Source: Eledone cirrhosa (Eukaryota). From it: a stretch of 64,000 nucleotides of DNA. A model generated the notes under the pieces. It was not told the DNA's origin, made no database searches, and saw only the letters and a list, made by a program, of their open reading frames with translations. The stretch lies in NCBI GenBank assembly GCA_964016885.1, contig OZ024745.1, forward strand, positions 124,806,001 to 124,870,000. The letters run 5' to 3'. The position numbers and the translations under genes are program-made. How positions within the stretch are numbered: the first letter of the stretch is position 1; every line of letters begins with the position of its first letter. Below are positions 41,985-55,409 of the stretch, piece by piece.

Positions 41985-42155
41985 AAAAGAATCAGGACCC
42001 TGACGGCTGAGCTCCGCCCGTTTCGACAGCTAGGTCTGAACTCGGAGCTCAACCGTCGGGGTGGTGGCTCTTTTCCTATTACCCATTCTACTACCCTAAG
42101 TATCAAGTACACTGGTGCATTATGGTTCACCTGGTTCCTTATCACACTTCCCTTA
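41830..42155. mobile_element. Family H2 fold-back, two inverted copies around (TA)n
   Basis: 41830-41915 is the reverse complement of 42068-42152. The minus strand has GTCGAAACGG..CCGTC. Confidence 0.55.
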
Positions 42156-42402
42156 TCACACTATATATAGTAATAATAATTGTTTCTACTTGAGACACAA
42201 GGCCAGCAATTAACCAGTGCATTACTGGTACTTTATTTTATCGACCCCGTAATAATAATACATTTGAAGACTAAAATCCAAAGGGGGCTCGATAAGGATA
42301 AATATATATCAAATATATAAGAACCGTAGAGCAAATATTTAGTTTCAGAAAACCCCGTTAAGGGTGAAAGCAGCGATTCTTTGCTTAAACTTTAATCTGT
42401 TA

Positions 42403-42456
<54 letters not shown>

Positions 42457-43572
42457 ATGTGTATGTATGTGTGTGTGTGTGTGTGTGCGTGCGTGTGTAT
42501 GTGTATTATATATATTTATATTTGAGTGGATGTTTGTGCGTGGGTGAGTATATGCACTGGTGTGTATATATAATTGTAGATGTTAGATGAGGTATTTTTA
42601 CTTTATATATGACTGTCTTGATGTTCAGTAATTTTACTCATTCTTTCATGTTTTCTTTTGTGAAAATGTGGAGAGAAGATATTGAATATCGTCCAAATGA
42701 AGATCAATTTTTGATATTTTAGTTTTTATGCTATATCATAGAGATTAATTACATCTTTAATACGACAAATATACCGATAGGTGTTATGAATAAATTAGAA
42801 AACATGAGGCTGGAATATATTTTAGAAGCTCTGTTGAATATCTTCATTTTCCTTTATTTACCTAGTTATCAAGTAAGTAGCAATGTTAAATGTTCCCTTG
42901 TGCTAGAGGAAGAAACATAATTATTTGATATAAACAATTATTGTGTTTTGTCAATACAGTTTATATGATTAATCGAAATTATGTTTTATTTTCTCGAAAT
43001 CCTCTAAACCTCGTTCTTTCGAAGAAACGTTAATTCATGAATATATTTCAAGCATCATTTGATCATTTTGGGTAATTTCCGATAACATACTGTGTGGATT
43101 TTTCGTGTAATCACTACTTTCACACAGGATTGACGTTTTCTGCTTGTTCCAATCTGATGTTATCTGTTTTAGTATTAGTGTTGCATGCTGATTAACATGT
43201 CTGAGACCATCGTGGCGTTGTTGTAAATTATATTTATCAGATTTGTGTCCGAGAAAATACATTGAAAAATTGATTACTACTATAAATCTCGACAATCAAC
43301 ATCATGTCTTTGAAATCTTGAGGTAAAGAAAATCTGTTTAGAAACCCGTTAGCGGATTACTGTTTACAGGTTGTAGATTTAGTACGTTGATAAGGGACAA
43401 TAAATCCGAAGAAATTGTAGACTGTCTTCTCTCTGCTACCGGTGGAACAAAAGGATACCGCTGGAAGAAAAGAATGACTAGAAAAAATACATTGTGTTAT
43501 GACGCGGTATATTTGCAATGGAACCGAATATTAATAATATTTTAATATTATTGTTATTCACTCACTAATTGA

Positions 43573-43604
<32 letters not shown>

Positions 43605-44699
43605 TATATCCCCCCCCCCCCCCCCCCCCCACACACACACTCACACATACATATACCACATCATATTATATCCTTATTTTAAAAAATACGTTAAAGCACA
43701 ATGTTATATACTTTTAGTGGACATATACATCCCGAGATTGTTTTAAATATATTTCTATTAATTCTATAAGTGTGTAATAAGTATATAAGTGACAAGCGTG
43801 CAGACATCTAGCTGTGGCATGCTATCTATCATATTTATATAATTTCTTACGAAGTTCAAAGAGTGTGTTACTTGTAATACCGTTAGTTTTTATTCAGCCA
43901 CAGGTTAACACTAAATAAACGGAGCTATAATGAAAGACATGTTATCAGTGATCATGGCGTCTTTCTTTCAGACATAGTGCATTTATGATCCCACCAACAA
44001 ATGTTCATTTTTACGTTATATTTCAAACTGGAATCTGATACATCTGAAATGTCATAATATGTTCAATATTATAACATATAAATCTGTCGTATTTCAATTA
44101 GTTTTCAATTCATTTGATGATCATTGGCTTTTGGTACCGGCATTCCATTTTTTATATTGGGAGCCGTTTATAATGTCCTATAATTTTCAGTTTTTTATCC
44201 ATACAATATGTGTAGAGAGACTAGATTTTAACTACGGTAACATTTTAAACATTTTGTACCTGTCTAAATATTATGCTTTGTTTTTATTTCATCAACTTGT
44301 CTATAATCTTTCATTTTTTGTTTCTCGATTTAGTATTGTCTCTGATATAGGTTTTACAATTACTTTCCATAATAGTTATTTTACTTATTTTACGTATTTA
44401 TTTTTCTGTTACAAGTGTTTGCCGATTCTGCTTTAATATTCGCATTGTTTAATCTTGAAATTAGCTATATTTCCGTTAGTACCAAAGATTTGTGAATAAA
44501 TATTTAATGATACTTGCAATTTCTGTTACTTTAATCTCAATCAAAACATTAAAAAAATAAACAAAACAAAACAAAAAATACAAAAATAGCATCAAATGAA
44601 ATATCTGCAATAAAATAAAACGACACGAATTGTCATTTCATAATCTGAAACCGAAAACAACATAAGAATATACAACAAGAACAACAATAATAATAATAT

Positions 44700-44742
<43 letters not shown>

Positions 44743-44852
44743 GCTACCACCACCACCACCACCACCACCAACACCAACACCACTACTACTATTACTACTA
44801 CTACTACTACTACTACTACCATTACTACTACTACTACTAATAATAATAATGA

Positions 44853-47525
44853 TTTCATTTATTGGCCACAAGGGCCGACATATAGGGGACAATACAAAAG
44901 ACTGGAACAGTGGGGTTTTACAGAAAAATCGAATAAACAATATGAATAACAATAACAAAGTAACAATAAAAATACAACAAAGAATAATTCCCCAATAGGG
45001 AGGACGACCACCCAGGGTTCGTTCAGGTACCCCACCAATCCTGAACGACCCGAACTTCGAGAGCACCCTGGAAGGGCACCCCTCTCCTCATCAAATTTAC
45101 CTACCTACAGCCGCATGACCAGAGTTGCCCACTCACACGGGCCATTCTCGCCACATTCACCCACCTTTCAGCAATGTACCAGCACTTCTCTCTCCACCCT
45201 CACCTTCCTTTCCAAGTGAAACTTGAAAAAGTTGATGAGGGATTGGCCGAAGAGAAAAGTGTCTGTCTTAAGTCCTTTCAACCTCGTCCACCATACAACC
45301 TCTTTTGCTACTGCCACCAGGCAGAGGAAAATTGCCTGCCCTTCCTGGCCAAAAGTAGGCGGCGGGTCGATCTTCACTATGGAGTCGGCCGATAGCCGGA
45401 TCCGTTCTACACGCGACAACAGCTGTTCAACATAACTCCACAAGTCAGTAATGCACGGACACTGTACGAGTGTGAGCAGAACGGTTTCGTCGCTCTGCGC
45501 GCATCTCGGGCAGGTCCGTCTGACAGCACTTCCGTGCCTGTAGAGTTTATCGCGAACCGGCAGTGCCCCCGGTAGCACTGCCAAGCGAGGGATTTTTGGA
45601 AATTATCCATCGACCCCGGCTTGAAAGTCCTCCGGTACAGACTGGTTAGTTCCACTTCGTTGACTCCCAGAGCCTCTCCAAGTGCGTCGTCGCACTTGCC
45701 CACCACTAATCCTCTATAGAACTCGAGAGTGGAAGTTCCACTGACCGCATTGCCCGCCTGGTAGAGAGCACTGAGTGCCTGGCAACATTCCAGATGCCAG
45801 TCACCCAGTCTCGGTCTCTTCTTGACCCAGGACTGCAGCTCAGTCAAAGGAACAAGCTGCGGAAAGGCCCGTCTGACAAACGGGGACCACACCTGTTCAA
45901 CGTTTAGGCAGAATATCTGGAGATGCCGCAGCGTCAGCGCGTGCCTGCACATCATTAGCCACGGCATGCCCAGCCTTTCGTAGGGCAGACCATCCAAACC
46001 GGGTGACTTGCACCTCATGCAGCCGACAAGGGCATCCTGAATCTCGGCTGAAGTAATTGGCCTTTCGTAGCGCCCAGCGTCAGCCGTCGAGAGTTGCGGC
46101 AAGCCATCGAGGTAGGGACTGAAGTCCGCCACCATCTCTGACCCGCTACAACCGAGCAAAATGTTGGCGAAAGGCCTCACACATCCGCTTGGAATCACTC
46201 AGCTCGTGTCCGTCTCGGTCCGTCAAAGACCGAATCGTGGTTTTATTACCACGCTGCGCCTCTGACACGCGGGCCCATCGAACAGCTTTGATTCCTTCGT
46301 TTCTCAGAGCACGTGCCTTAGCTTTGATAATGCAACATTCGTGTTTCGCATTGAAGAAATGGTCTAATGCCATTCTCGCCGCTAGCACGTTAGCTGCAAT
46401 GCCACTACCAATAGCCTCGTCTAACTTATCTACCAACTCCCCCTCCTTTCTATTTTTCTCTAACGCTACTTCTTTGATAAACTCTATCGACATTACTCTA
46501 ATCTCTCTTTTGAGAGCCCCCCACCATCTATTGTTGACGACTCCCCCTGTCAACTTTTTATTAACTAAATTGTTGACCTGGTCCCTGTAAGCCTTACGTG
46601 CCGGAAATGAGATGTTTAGCTACCAGTAACCAGGTCCTAACCTACGCGTCTTATCTAGGTCGACCATACAGATCACAAACTTGTGATCTGAATAGGCGAC
46701 CGTTTCAAAACGTGGAAAGCTTACACTATTTCTGTCTATTTTCCTAATGAATATCCTGTCTATATACGATATAGATGACCCTATGCGGTTAGTCCAGGGC
46801 CACACTGGCGCATTAGGGAAATCTAGTCGGTACCTGTCAGACAGTTGGAACTGGCTGATCAGGTTCTTGAGTCTTTTGCACCCCCACCCCACCGCCGCTC
46901 CTATCGGATACTCCCACACAGTCCCAGTGTGCGTCTAAGATGCCGTACCAGTAAAGGGCGAGACGTACCCAGAAAGGCTTCCAGGCGTCTAAAGAACTCC
47001 GGCCGTCCTGCCCCAGTAGGGGCGTAGACGGCCACCAGTCTAAAGGCACCACCGTCGTTATTGTTCACGTCCAGGACCGGAAGATCGATCTTACCTCGAG
47101 ATCCAGGCCTTTCCTAAACAACACTGCCACCCCACCTTCTATTCCCGGCCGACTAACAGATGCAAATATCTGATAGTAGTCGAAAATGGGGGCTAGTGCG
47201 CGCATGTCGGAAATCCTGGTCTCGCTGACGGCAATTACATCCATTTCTAGAGACCTGAGGTCGTTGAGCAGGTGACCCTGCTTCCAGGACGGTCCCTGAC
47301 CTCGAACATTTAAACTTCCTACTCTTAATACGGCCATGTTGGCAGGTTAAAAGAGAGAGAGGAAAGGTTTACTTACCTTCCGTGCTCTTGTGAAGCTCGG
47401 GTGGTTCGACCTCCATAGTTGGCGGGATTTCTTTTGGGAACCCCTTTAAAAGTCTTGAAGTGGGCTTTACATTCGGGGCTCACGTACGAGGGCCATCAGT
47501 TTCTTGTTGGCCCTCCTGACGAGCA
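44853..47525 (-). mobile_element. Tx1/L1-clade LINE with an internal deletion
   Basis: APE endonuclease (SLNVRG, SETR, IDRIF, SDH, GPGYW), KSPGLDG, C-terminal CPRC..ETVL, AATAAA plus (ATT) tail. Confidence 0.85.
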
Positions 47526-48168
47526 CTAAGTTTTGTATGTTTTGTTGGTGTGATTTTATTTGTTTGCGTGGCTATGGTGGTGATGGTGATGGTGGTATTG
47601 TTTCGGTTGTGTCTGTGTTTGTTGTGAGTGCGGAGTCTGTGGTTTCAGATGTTTGTGTGTGTATTTGTTCTTGCGTCTGTTTAGGTTGTTTGAAATGGTG
47701 AAATAAGGGACTGCGTGCATTCTATTAATAATTAATGTTTAATAATATAATAGTAATAACAATAATAAGGATAATGATATAAATAAGAAAATATATCCTC
47801 AGAATAATAATTTCAATAATAGTTGATAATAATATTAATCATATTATTAATAAAATGATATTATTGATGACGTTAATGGTAGCAGTATACGTGTGTGTGT
47901 TTATTGCAAAATAATATATACGATAAAAGCTTTAGAAGACCATAATGCTTACATATGATATGTATGCAAGTTGCACACACACACATACATGCATGCATAG
48001 TAATACACACACATGATCACGCACACACACGCACACACACACACACAGGTATATATATATATGTATATATATATATACTAGTAATAGTTAGCATATATAT
48101 TTATATACTTATACATATACGCACACGCGCGCATATATATATATATATGTAAATATATATATATATAT

Positions 48169-48256
<88 letters not shown>

Positions 48257-48999
48257 CAGGTAGACATCATAAAAGGTAATTTATTGCGAGTGTTTACAAA
48301 TGTTTCAACAGTAATTATACAGCCTAGTCATACTATGTGCAAATTAATAATTATTTGATTGCAGGAACTCATTTTTCAAATGCTGCCACTACAGTTTCCT
48401 CAGAGCAGAATGGTGAAAATGTAAATACCCTTGTATTTCTTAAAGGATGTTATTGGAGAAGATAGAGTAGAAAGAAAGAGAGAAAGAAGGGGAGAGGTAG
48501 AGAGAGAGAGCGGGGGAGAGAGAGAGAGAGAGAGAGAGAGAGATGTAGGGGTTGGAGAAGTGCGAGAGAGTGGTTTGAAGAATACAGATAGCTTAATCAA
48601 AATGTTGTGGTAGAGGTTTATTATACTGTTTACTCTCAAGGTGAGTTATACTGTTTATTATACTGTTTACTCACAGAGAGCACGTTCATAGATGTGAAGA
48701 GGGAGTGAGGTAGACCGAGGGCGAGAGAGAGAGAGGGACAGAGAGAGAGAGAGAGAGGAAGGGAGAGAGAGAAAGAAGGAGAGATATAGAGGAGACAGAC
48801 GAAGGCTTCGAGATAGGGGATACATCGAATTCATAGTTGTAGTCTGCAAATCGCACTCAAGTACCCATTTATAATGATAAGCAGGGTATTGGCTTGTAGT
48901 GTGGGGTGGGAGATATAGTTAGGAAGTAGTTATTGAGAGGAATTAGTTAGCGAGAAAGCGATGTTGTAGTCTCGGGTTCAAATGTTAAGTTATTTTATA

Positions 49000-49645
49000 G
49001 TGAGAGAATTTAACCTTCAGTTTGTGGTTGCAGTATAACGATCGTTCGATTCTGTCATTTAGTAATTTGTTTTTGGATTTTAAGATATAAAAGTGTTCAA
49101 GATGGCATAATCTGCACTACTTCAATCCATTCCGATATGCACTAGCGCTGGATAGTTTATCCCATTTCAAGGTAAACTGCCGGTTGCATTCTCGGAGTTG
49201 CCAGGTCTTATGTTCGAGCGCAGTCGAACATTGATGACGATACCAGCGAGATTTAAAGGAGGTAGTAGTAGACCCAATGTAATACCATTTCTGGTCTTTC
49301 GATTCAACGGTGCATTGATAAACTATGTTGGACTCTAGGCATTTGTTCTTCAATGGGTATCTTTCGGGTAGGTGGCAGTTGCAGTTTTTGTTGTGGGTAG
49401 CAGGTATACCATGGATAGGTTGGGATAACAGTACAGGTGGGTTGTGTAATACCCGCCTCCATTTGGTGGTTGGCAGGCTGATATTACGTTATGCTCATCT
49501 GTTACTGAAATATTTTGTTTCGTTGTGTTGTTTAATAATTGCTTTAAGTTAAGTTTTTTTATGTATGCTTCATGGTTTGGTGCAGTGGAGTATGATAGCT
49601 TAATAGTTTTAGAGTTTAGAATCTTACTGTATGTATGGGAACTAT
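49000..49645 (-). mobile_element. Penelope-like element GIY-YIG fragment
   Basis: TIKLSYS..PN and CLESNIVYQCTV..KWYYIGSTTTSFKSRWYRH..LKW. Confidence 0.8.
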
Positions 49646-51007
49646 TTATATATATATATATATATAAAATTCTCATTATTTAATTCAACACTCTTCAAAT
49701 ATATGCGAAATACATGAACAATTATTTCTGTTTGGTAATTATTTCACATGTTTGTATAAACGCTATTTTTTATTTCATAAATATTATCTTTGAAATTCAA
49801 TGAAAGCTAAAAACAATTTCAATTTTGGTATCTATTATGCAATCCTGAACGACGGCAACCGTTCGAATTTATTAAATAATATTAGTGAATCGCTATTAGT
49901 GAATTATTAAATAATGTTAGTGAATCGCTGAATAGGGCTACAACATTCACTAACCATACGTGTCCTCCATTAATAAATATGAGTTTGCAAATATTTTACT
50001 CTTGGTTGATTTTACCACTATATAATTTTCAAAGACTGACATACAAAACCTCTCATGCCAGTTCGTATCTACATATAAATCATTTATAGTAAACATGATA
50101 GATTTTATCCGGCTATAATTTTTGCTCGAGTTCACATCTGCTACCGGAGACCCTCTCGTCTGTTTTTGTTTGTTTATTTTTATATTTTGTTTTTTGATAA
50201 ATTTTACAGTTCTTTTAAATTATCAGGATTTTTGACAGAAACAATTATATGGAAACCTACTTTGCCAAGAAGGAGTTTTTCGTAGCAAACCAGATTATAA
50301 CGTACGATCTGACTTCTCTCAATTGACCGGTATTTCATGCTTCCTCAAATATATCTTCTCGAAAGATGCATGGAAATATAACCTTCAATATATTTCAATA
50401 TATTTAAAAGGATTATTCAGGATATTACGAATAGATATGCAATCATGTTCAAATATCAAGCTATAAAACAAGAAATTACTCTACCGCAAATACATCCGAG
50501 TGTAAATAAGGAAATATTTGAGCTGTAGAAATACCACTAGAATATTATGTGGTAGATGGTATTAGAGATGACATAATACTGTTAAGAAAACCCGAGGTAT
50601 TGATAATGTTAAAGGTAATTTGAATGCCTCAAAATATAAGAATGCTCAACACCTTTGTCAATGGGAAAATTCATCCTATATGTTGACATTAAGGAAAAAA
50701 AAATCAATCCGATTCAACGGTTTAATGTGTGTTTCTGAATCTGATTACTCAAATATCAACGACAACATATTCTTCCATTAATAGGATGTCATAGTTCTAA
50801 ACGTACAATAAAGTGACATTCAGCTTATTACGTATTCACCGAAACGAGCAAGACCATTAGCTATTATATGGAAATGCATATGTGAACATTTAAACGTTGC
50901 GTTGGAATAAACTAAATAGATTATAATCAGATGTCACTGTTGATTTACGTAACAAGATAGAAGCATGTTAAAAGTGTGACATCAAATATATCTTATGATA
51001 CATGTAA

Positions 51008-51040
<33 letters not shown>

Positions 51041-51060
51041 TGTGTATATATATATATATG

Positions 51061-51172
<112 letters not shown>

Positions 51173-51218
51173 GGGAGTGTGCGTGGGTGTAGTATGAGTG
51201 TGTCTACGTATATATGTA

Positions 51219-51626
51219 CGAGGCAAATCCCAAAAGTGAGGTCTCCTTCCGATATTGCAACTTCCGATATTGCAACTTTTCCGTTAAAATCTTCTGGATG
51301 GGGCTTCGGGAAATCTCAGGAACCAAAATGCAGAGAGCATCCAGAGTGATCCACCAATCTTTACGCATGTTTTCCTCGGAAGGACACCTTACCTTTGGGA
51401 TTGCCCTCTATATAATAACTGCGCGAAATTCGCACTTGGCGGTAGCCTTAAACGGGAGCTCCATTCACAACGGCTGCCAAGTCAAGATTGAGTATCCCAG
51501 CGAAGCGCACGTATGCTTGTTTGGGAGTGAAGGAGGCACCAATCACAACAGTGTTGCCAACAGCCGTACGAACGGTTTCTTTGCGTCCCCATCGCTTTGG
51601 AGACCTTACTTTAGGGATTACCGTCG
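51219..51626. mobile_element. Mariner-type MITE, one left TIR and two right TIRs
   Basis: TA-CGAGGCAAATCCCAAAAGTGAGGTCTCC. Complementary ends at 51376-51410 and 51599-51626, followed by TA. Confidence 0.7.
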
Positions 51627-51671
<45 letters not shown>

Positions 51672-51731
51672 ATAAATATATGTATCTACCATCTACCATC
51701 TGAGCGTGTATATATATACACGCTCAGATGG

Positions 51732-52080
51732 TAGATGGGTGCTACACGAGAATGCGGAAGATGGCTCTGAACATTAATCAGTATACACTGAGGATGAAAA
51801 ATTCAGAGCTGTACGGGAGCCTCCCAAGAGTCAGCTCAAAAGTGACACAGAGGAGATTTTGTTAGCTGGACATGCTCACCGACATCCAGAGTTGACACTG
51901 CACTCAGTGCTCCTGTGGGAGCCCCTGCATGGACACACTGGAAGAGGAAGACCAAAGTTAACATATGTTGATGCCCTAAGGACAGACACTGGTCTGCTGG
52001 AAACGCAGGACATGGCAGCGATAATGAGGGACAGAGACCGCTGGAGAGAACTCGTCCATGGTCCTCAGGGATTTTACCCG

Positions 52081-52083
<3 letters not shown>
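51732..52083 (+). mobile_element. RTE-like LINE 3' fragment
   Basis: DGCYTRM..MALNI..LYGSLP; LAGHAHRHPE..LLWEP.HG..GRGRP..TYVD.L..DTGL..DRDRWR. Confidence 0.75.
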
Positions 52084-52175
<92 letters not shown>

Positions 52176-52441
52176 ATATATATATAATATATATATATAT
52201 ATGTGTGTGTGTGTATGTATATATATATTACCCAATCTACTAACCTAAGTATTGAGTAATCTGCTGCGTTATGGTCCATCTGGTCCCTTACCACACCTCC
52301 TTCGTTATATATATATGTAGGAGATGAGTTTTATTGTAGTACAATAAAGCAATGCAGATATCGGATAAGAAGCACTCTACAGTTTGTAGGACTGGGGTAT
52401 AAATAATATAAGATCAAAAGATGGTTAAAAAGAGTTCCATG

Positions 52442-52512
52442 TATTGTATTATGCGCATTTCAAAAACAAATATCATCATGGGAGGATATTTGCGTTCTCA
52501 TCAGATAAAATA
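52442..52512 (-). ncRNA. Minimal hammerhead ribozyme, family H1
   Basis: TATTTTAT-CTGATGA-GAACGCAAATATCCTC-CCAT-GATGATATTTGTTTTT-GAAA-TGCGCA-TA-ATACAATA. Confidence 0.75.
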
Positions 52513-52634
52513 GGGAGACATGATATGAGGCTTGAAAAACACTTGCGAGCAGTGAAGTGTTAAATCTTCATATATATGTAGATTTAACATTTCACTGCTC
52601 GCAAGGGTTTTTTAAGCTTCATATCATGTCTCCC

Positions 52635-52705
52635 TATTTTGTCTGATGAGAACGCAAATATACTCCCATGATGATATTTGTTTTTGAAATGCGCATAATA
52701 CAATA
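52635..52705 (+). ncRNA. Minimal hammerhead ribozyme, family H1
   Basis: TATTTTGT-CTGATGA-stem II-GAAA-TGCGCA-TA-ATACAATA. Confidence 0.72.
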
Positions 52706-52781
52706 CATGGAACTCTTTTTAACCATCTTTTTATCTTATATTATATGTATCTTATATTATATGTATCTTATATTATATATA

Positions 52782-53250
52782 TCAAATCCCGCCGAGGTTG
52801 ATTTTGCCTTTCATCCTTACGGGGTCGATAAAATAAAGTACCAGTAATGCACTGGGTAATTGCTGGCCTTGTGCCTAAAGTAGAAACAATTATATATATA
52901 TATAATGTAAAAACAGGAAATCGAAATTGCAACTGCAGTCTTTTTTTTTAAATATATATTTATTTCGTTCCTTTACCGGTTTCGCAGTTAAAAAGTAGTA
53001 TTGAGATGGAGGGCTTGTGGTTTTTCCCACATGTGAGAAAAACCACAAACTCTCCATGGCGGTGGATTGGAAGTATCGGTAGAGGGTCGGTCGCCATGCT
53101 TTGACGCATAGAGTTACGGCCCTTGCCATTCTGAGTTCAAACCCCGCCGAGGTTAACTTTGCCTTTCATCCTTACGGGGTCGATAAAAGAAAGTACCAGT
53201 AATACACTGGGATAATTGCTGGTTTTGTGCCAAAAAGTAGAAACAATTAT
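52782..53250 (+). mobile_element. Two SINE S1 copies (52782-52892 truncated; 53058-53250 full)
   Basis: Both match the family consensus. Confidence 0.85.
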
Positions 53251-53542
53251 ATCATCATCGCCGTTTTACGCCTGTTCTTCCACGCTAGCATGGGTTAGAC
53301 CAGTTGTCCTGTTGCGGGCAGTAGTAGCCGGTCGGCTGACTATGTCTTTCTGATACGGGAACTGATTCTGGCTTGATTTCTACAGACGGATGCCCTTCCT
53401 AACATCAACCTCATTTACAGTGAGTACTGGGTGCTTTTTTCCGTGGCGCCTACACGTCTACTTTGCAGTGGGAGTGGGTGGGGACATATTGTCTATATGC
53501 TTCAGCTTCGACTTGTACCCGTGGGGGGTCGGGTCTTCTGTA

Positions 53543-53750
53543 TTACTGCGTGACGCCATATATACTCTGGGAGTATACAAGAGTGGGACGTGTCCTATTC
53601 AGCACAGCATCTCTCCACTTGTCACGGTCCTTCGTCATCTCCACCGTGAGCTTCAGCGATCTGAGGTCTGCTCTCACCACCTCCGCCCATGTTTTTCGTG
53701 CTCTTCCTCTACTACGTCTTCCTTCAACTGGCATTTCTTGGCATTTCAGG
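53543..53750 (-). mobile_element. RTE-clade LINE 3' fragment
   Basis: VEGRRSRGRARKTWAEVVRADL..L...MTKDRDKWR. Confidence 0.75.
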
Positions 53751-54163
53751 CACGAAACCAAATATATATATACCTATCGAATACCAATGTAGAGGTCGTT
53801 TACTTTCTCCACATAAAATTAGACTAAAGATTGAAATTTGGCTGCTCTAAATTCTTCTCCAACAAATGATTTTCTACAAATCTTCAAACTCATCATATGC
53901 TTCAATCATATCAATAACATCTCATAATACGACATACATGATCCGTTATATTATTGTTCACTTTCTAACCACATATAATATCTTAGTCGTATCACGTATT
54001 TCTATTATAATAAAATTATGTCCAGCTGCAAATTTTTCCTGATACATATTTCTTCACTCATCAATAAATGCACACCGATATTCTCAAGCAAATACTCAAC
54101 ATATATAAATTTATGAATAGATGCATGTATATTCTCACACGCATACACACACGCACACACACG

Positions 54164-54199
<36 letters not shown>

Positions 54200-54200
54200 A

Positions 54201-54250
<50 letters not shown>

Positions 54251-54359
54251 ATATAAATTGGAATAGAATGAAACGAAATTTCATTTCTCACTCTTAGTAC
54301 GGCACGTAATACATACATACATACATACATACATACTTACATTTATATACATACATACT

Positions 54360-54410
<51 letters not shown>

Positions 54411-54414
<4 letters not shown>

Positions 54415-55257
54415 CTTGTATTGTGTTATAAACTCAAAATAGTCTCATTACAGTAAATTAGCTGTAGGAAAAATACTTTTCCGAGCCGTATATAACTGAA
54501 CAAAAAGAAAAAAAACGAACACAGATATATATATATATATGTGTGTTCAAATCGTAATGGACCAAAATCGCTAAGGTAAAAAAAAATATTAACTACAGAC
54601 AATAGGGTTTGCTGGACTCAATTTAAGAACAAATTAAGAAAAATAAATACAAACCAATATTGTGGTAACTACCATCACCCAGACGGTCTTTGATAGAACC
54701 GTTTCGCAATATTATTTGTGAAGAGAAATACCAAATTCCAGACTCATCAGTGGGTGTTGAAATTAGTATACTCCTCACTTCTACTTCTAAATCAAATAGA
54801 AAACTGGAAAGTGTGTGTATATATAACGCACATGGTTCCCGAACTTAGCGTCTTGCGCAGACTTACGCCACTAAAAATAGCAGCCGGGTCTACACGACAT
54901 TTGAAATAGCTCAACGAATTAACGGGGCCGAATATATCAAAAGCTTGTATTGAGTTAGACACTCAAAATAGTCTCATTACAGTAAATTAGCTCTAGGAAA
55001 AATGTTTTTCCGAGCCGTATATAACTGAACAAAAAGGAAAAAACAAACACAGACATATATATATGTTCAAATCGTAATGGATAAAAATCGCTAAGGTGAA
55101 AAAAATACTAAATACAGACAATAGGATTTTGCTGGACTCAGTTTAACAAAAAATTAAGAAAAATAAATACAAACCAATATTGTGGTAACTACCATCACCC
55201 AGACGGTCTTTGATAGAACCGTTTCGCAATATGATTTGTGAAGAGAAATACCAAATT
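54411..55257 (-). repeat. Partial tandem repeat (unit about 520-530 bp, about 1.6 copies), retrozyme/pLTR-like
   Basis: 54411-54737 matches 54940-55257. Abuts (TA)n. Confidence 0.85.
54676..54756 (-). ncRNA. Type-I hammerhead ribozyme (GUC site)
   Basis: CACCCA-CTGATGA-G..C-GAAA-CGGT-TCTATCAAAG-ACCG-TC-TGGGTG. Stems I and III are perfect; stem II is irregular. Confidence 0.75.
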
Positions 55258-55409
55258 TTAAGGAATTACACCAGTCCAGCCTCCTGTTATTTTATAATAT
55301 ATACAAGTATGTGTTACCAATGGCTTGGGGATCCAAACATGACCAACTGTTTTATTGGAGGAGGTACTTTTAATCTAGCCCCTTTTAAATTACTAAAAAG
55401 GGACGTTGA

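Larger units (their letters stand above)
52403..52744. repeat. Palindrome of about 340 bp formed by family H1
   Basis: Arms of about 165 bp meet at a short TA run near 52573. Confidence 0.9.

Noticed and set aside
42338-42392. Hammerhead-like AGTTT-CAGAAAA-CCCC..GGGT-GAAA-GCA..TGC-TT-AAACT
   Set aside because: Two core mismatches and no second copy of this segment to test. Possible relic only.
50450-50900. Possible Tc1 transposase relic (VKGNLNASKY)
   Set aside because: Short motifs only, with no TIRs found.
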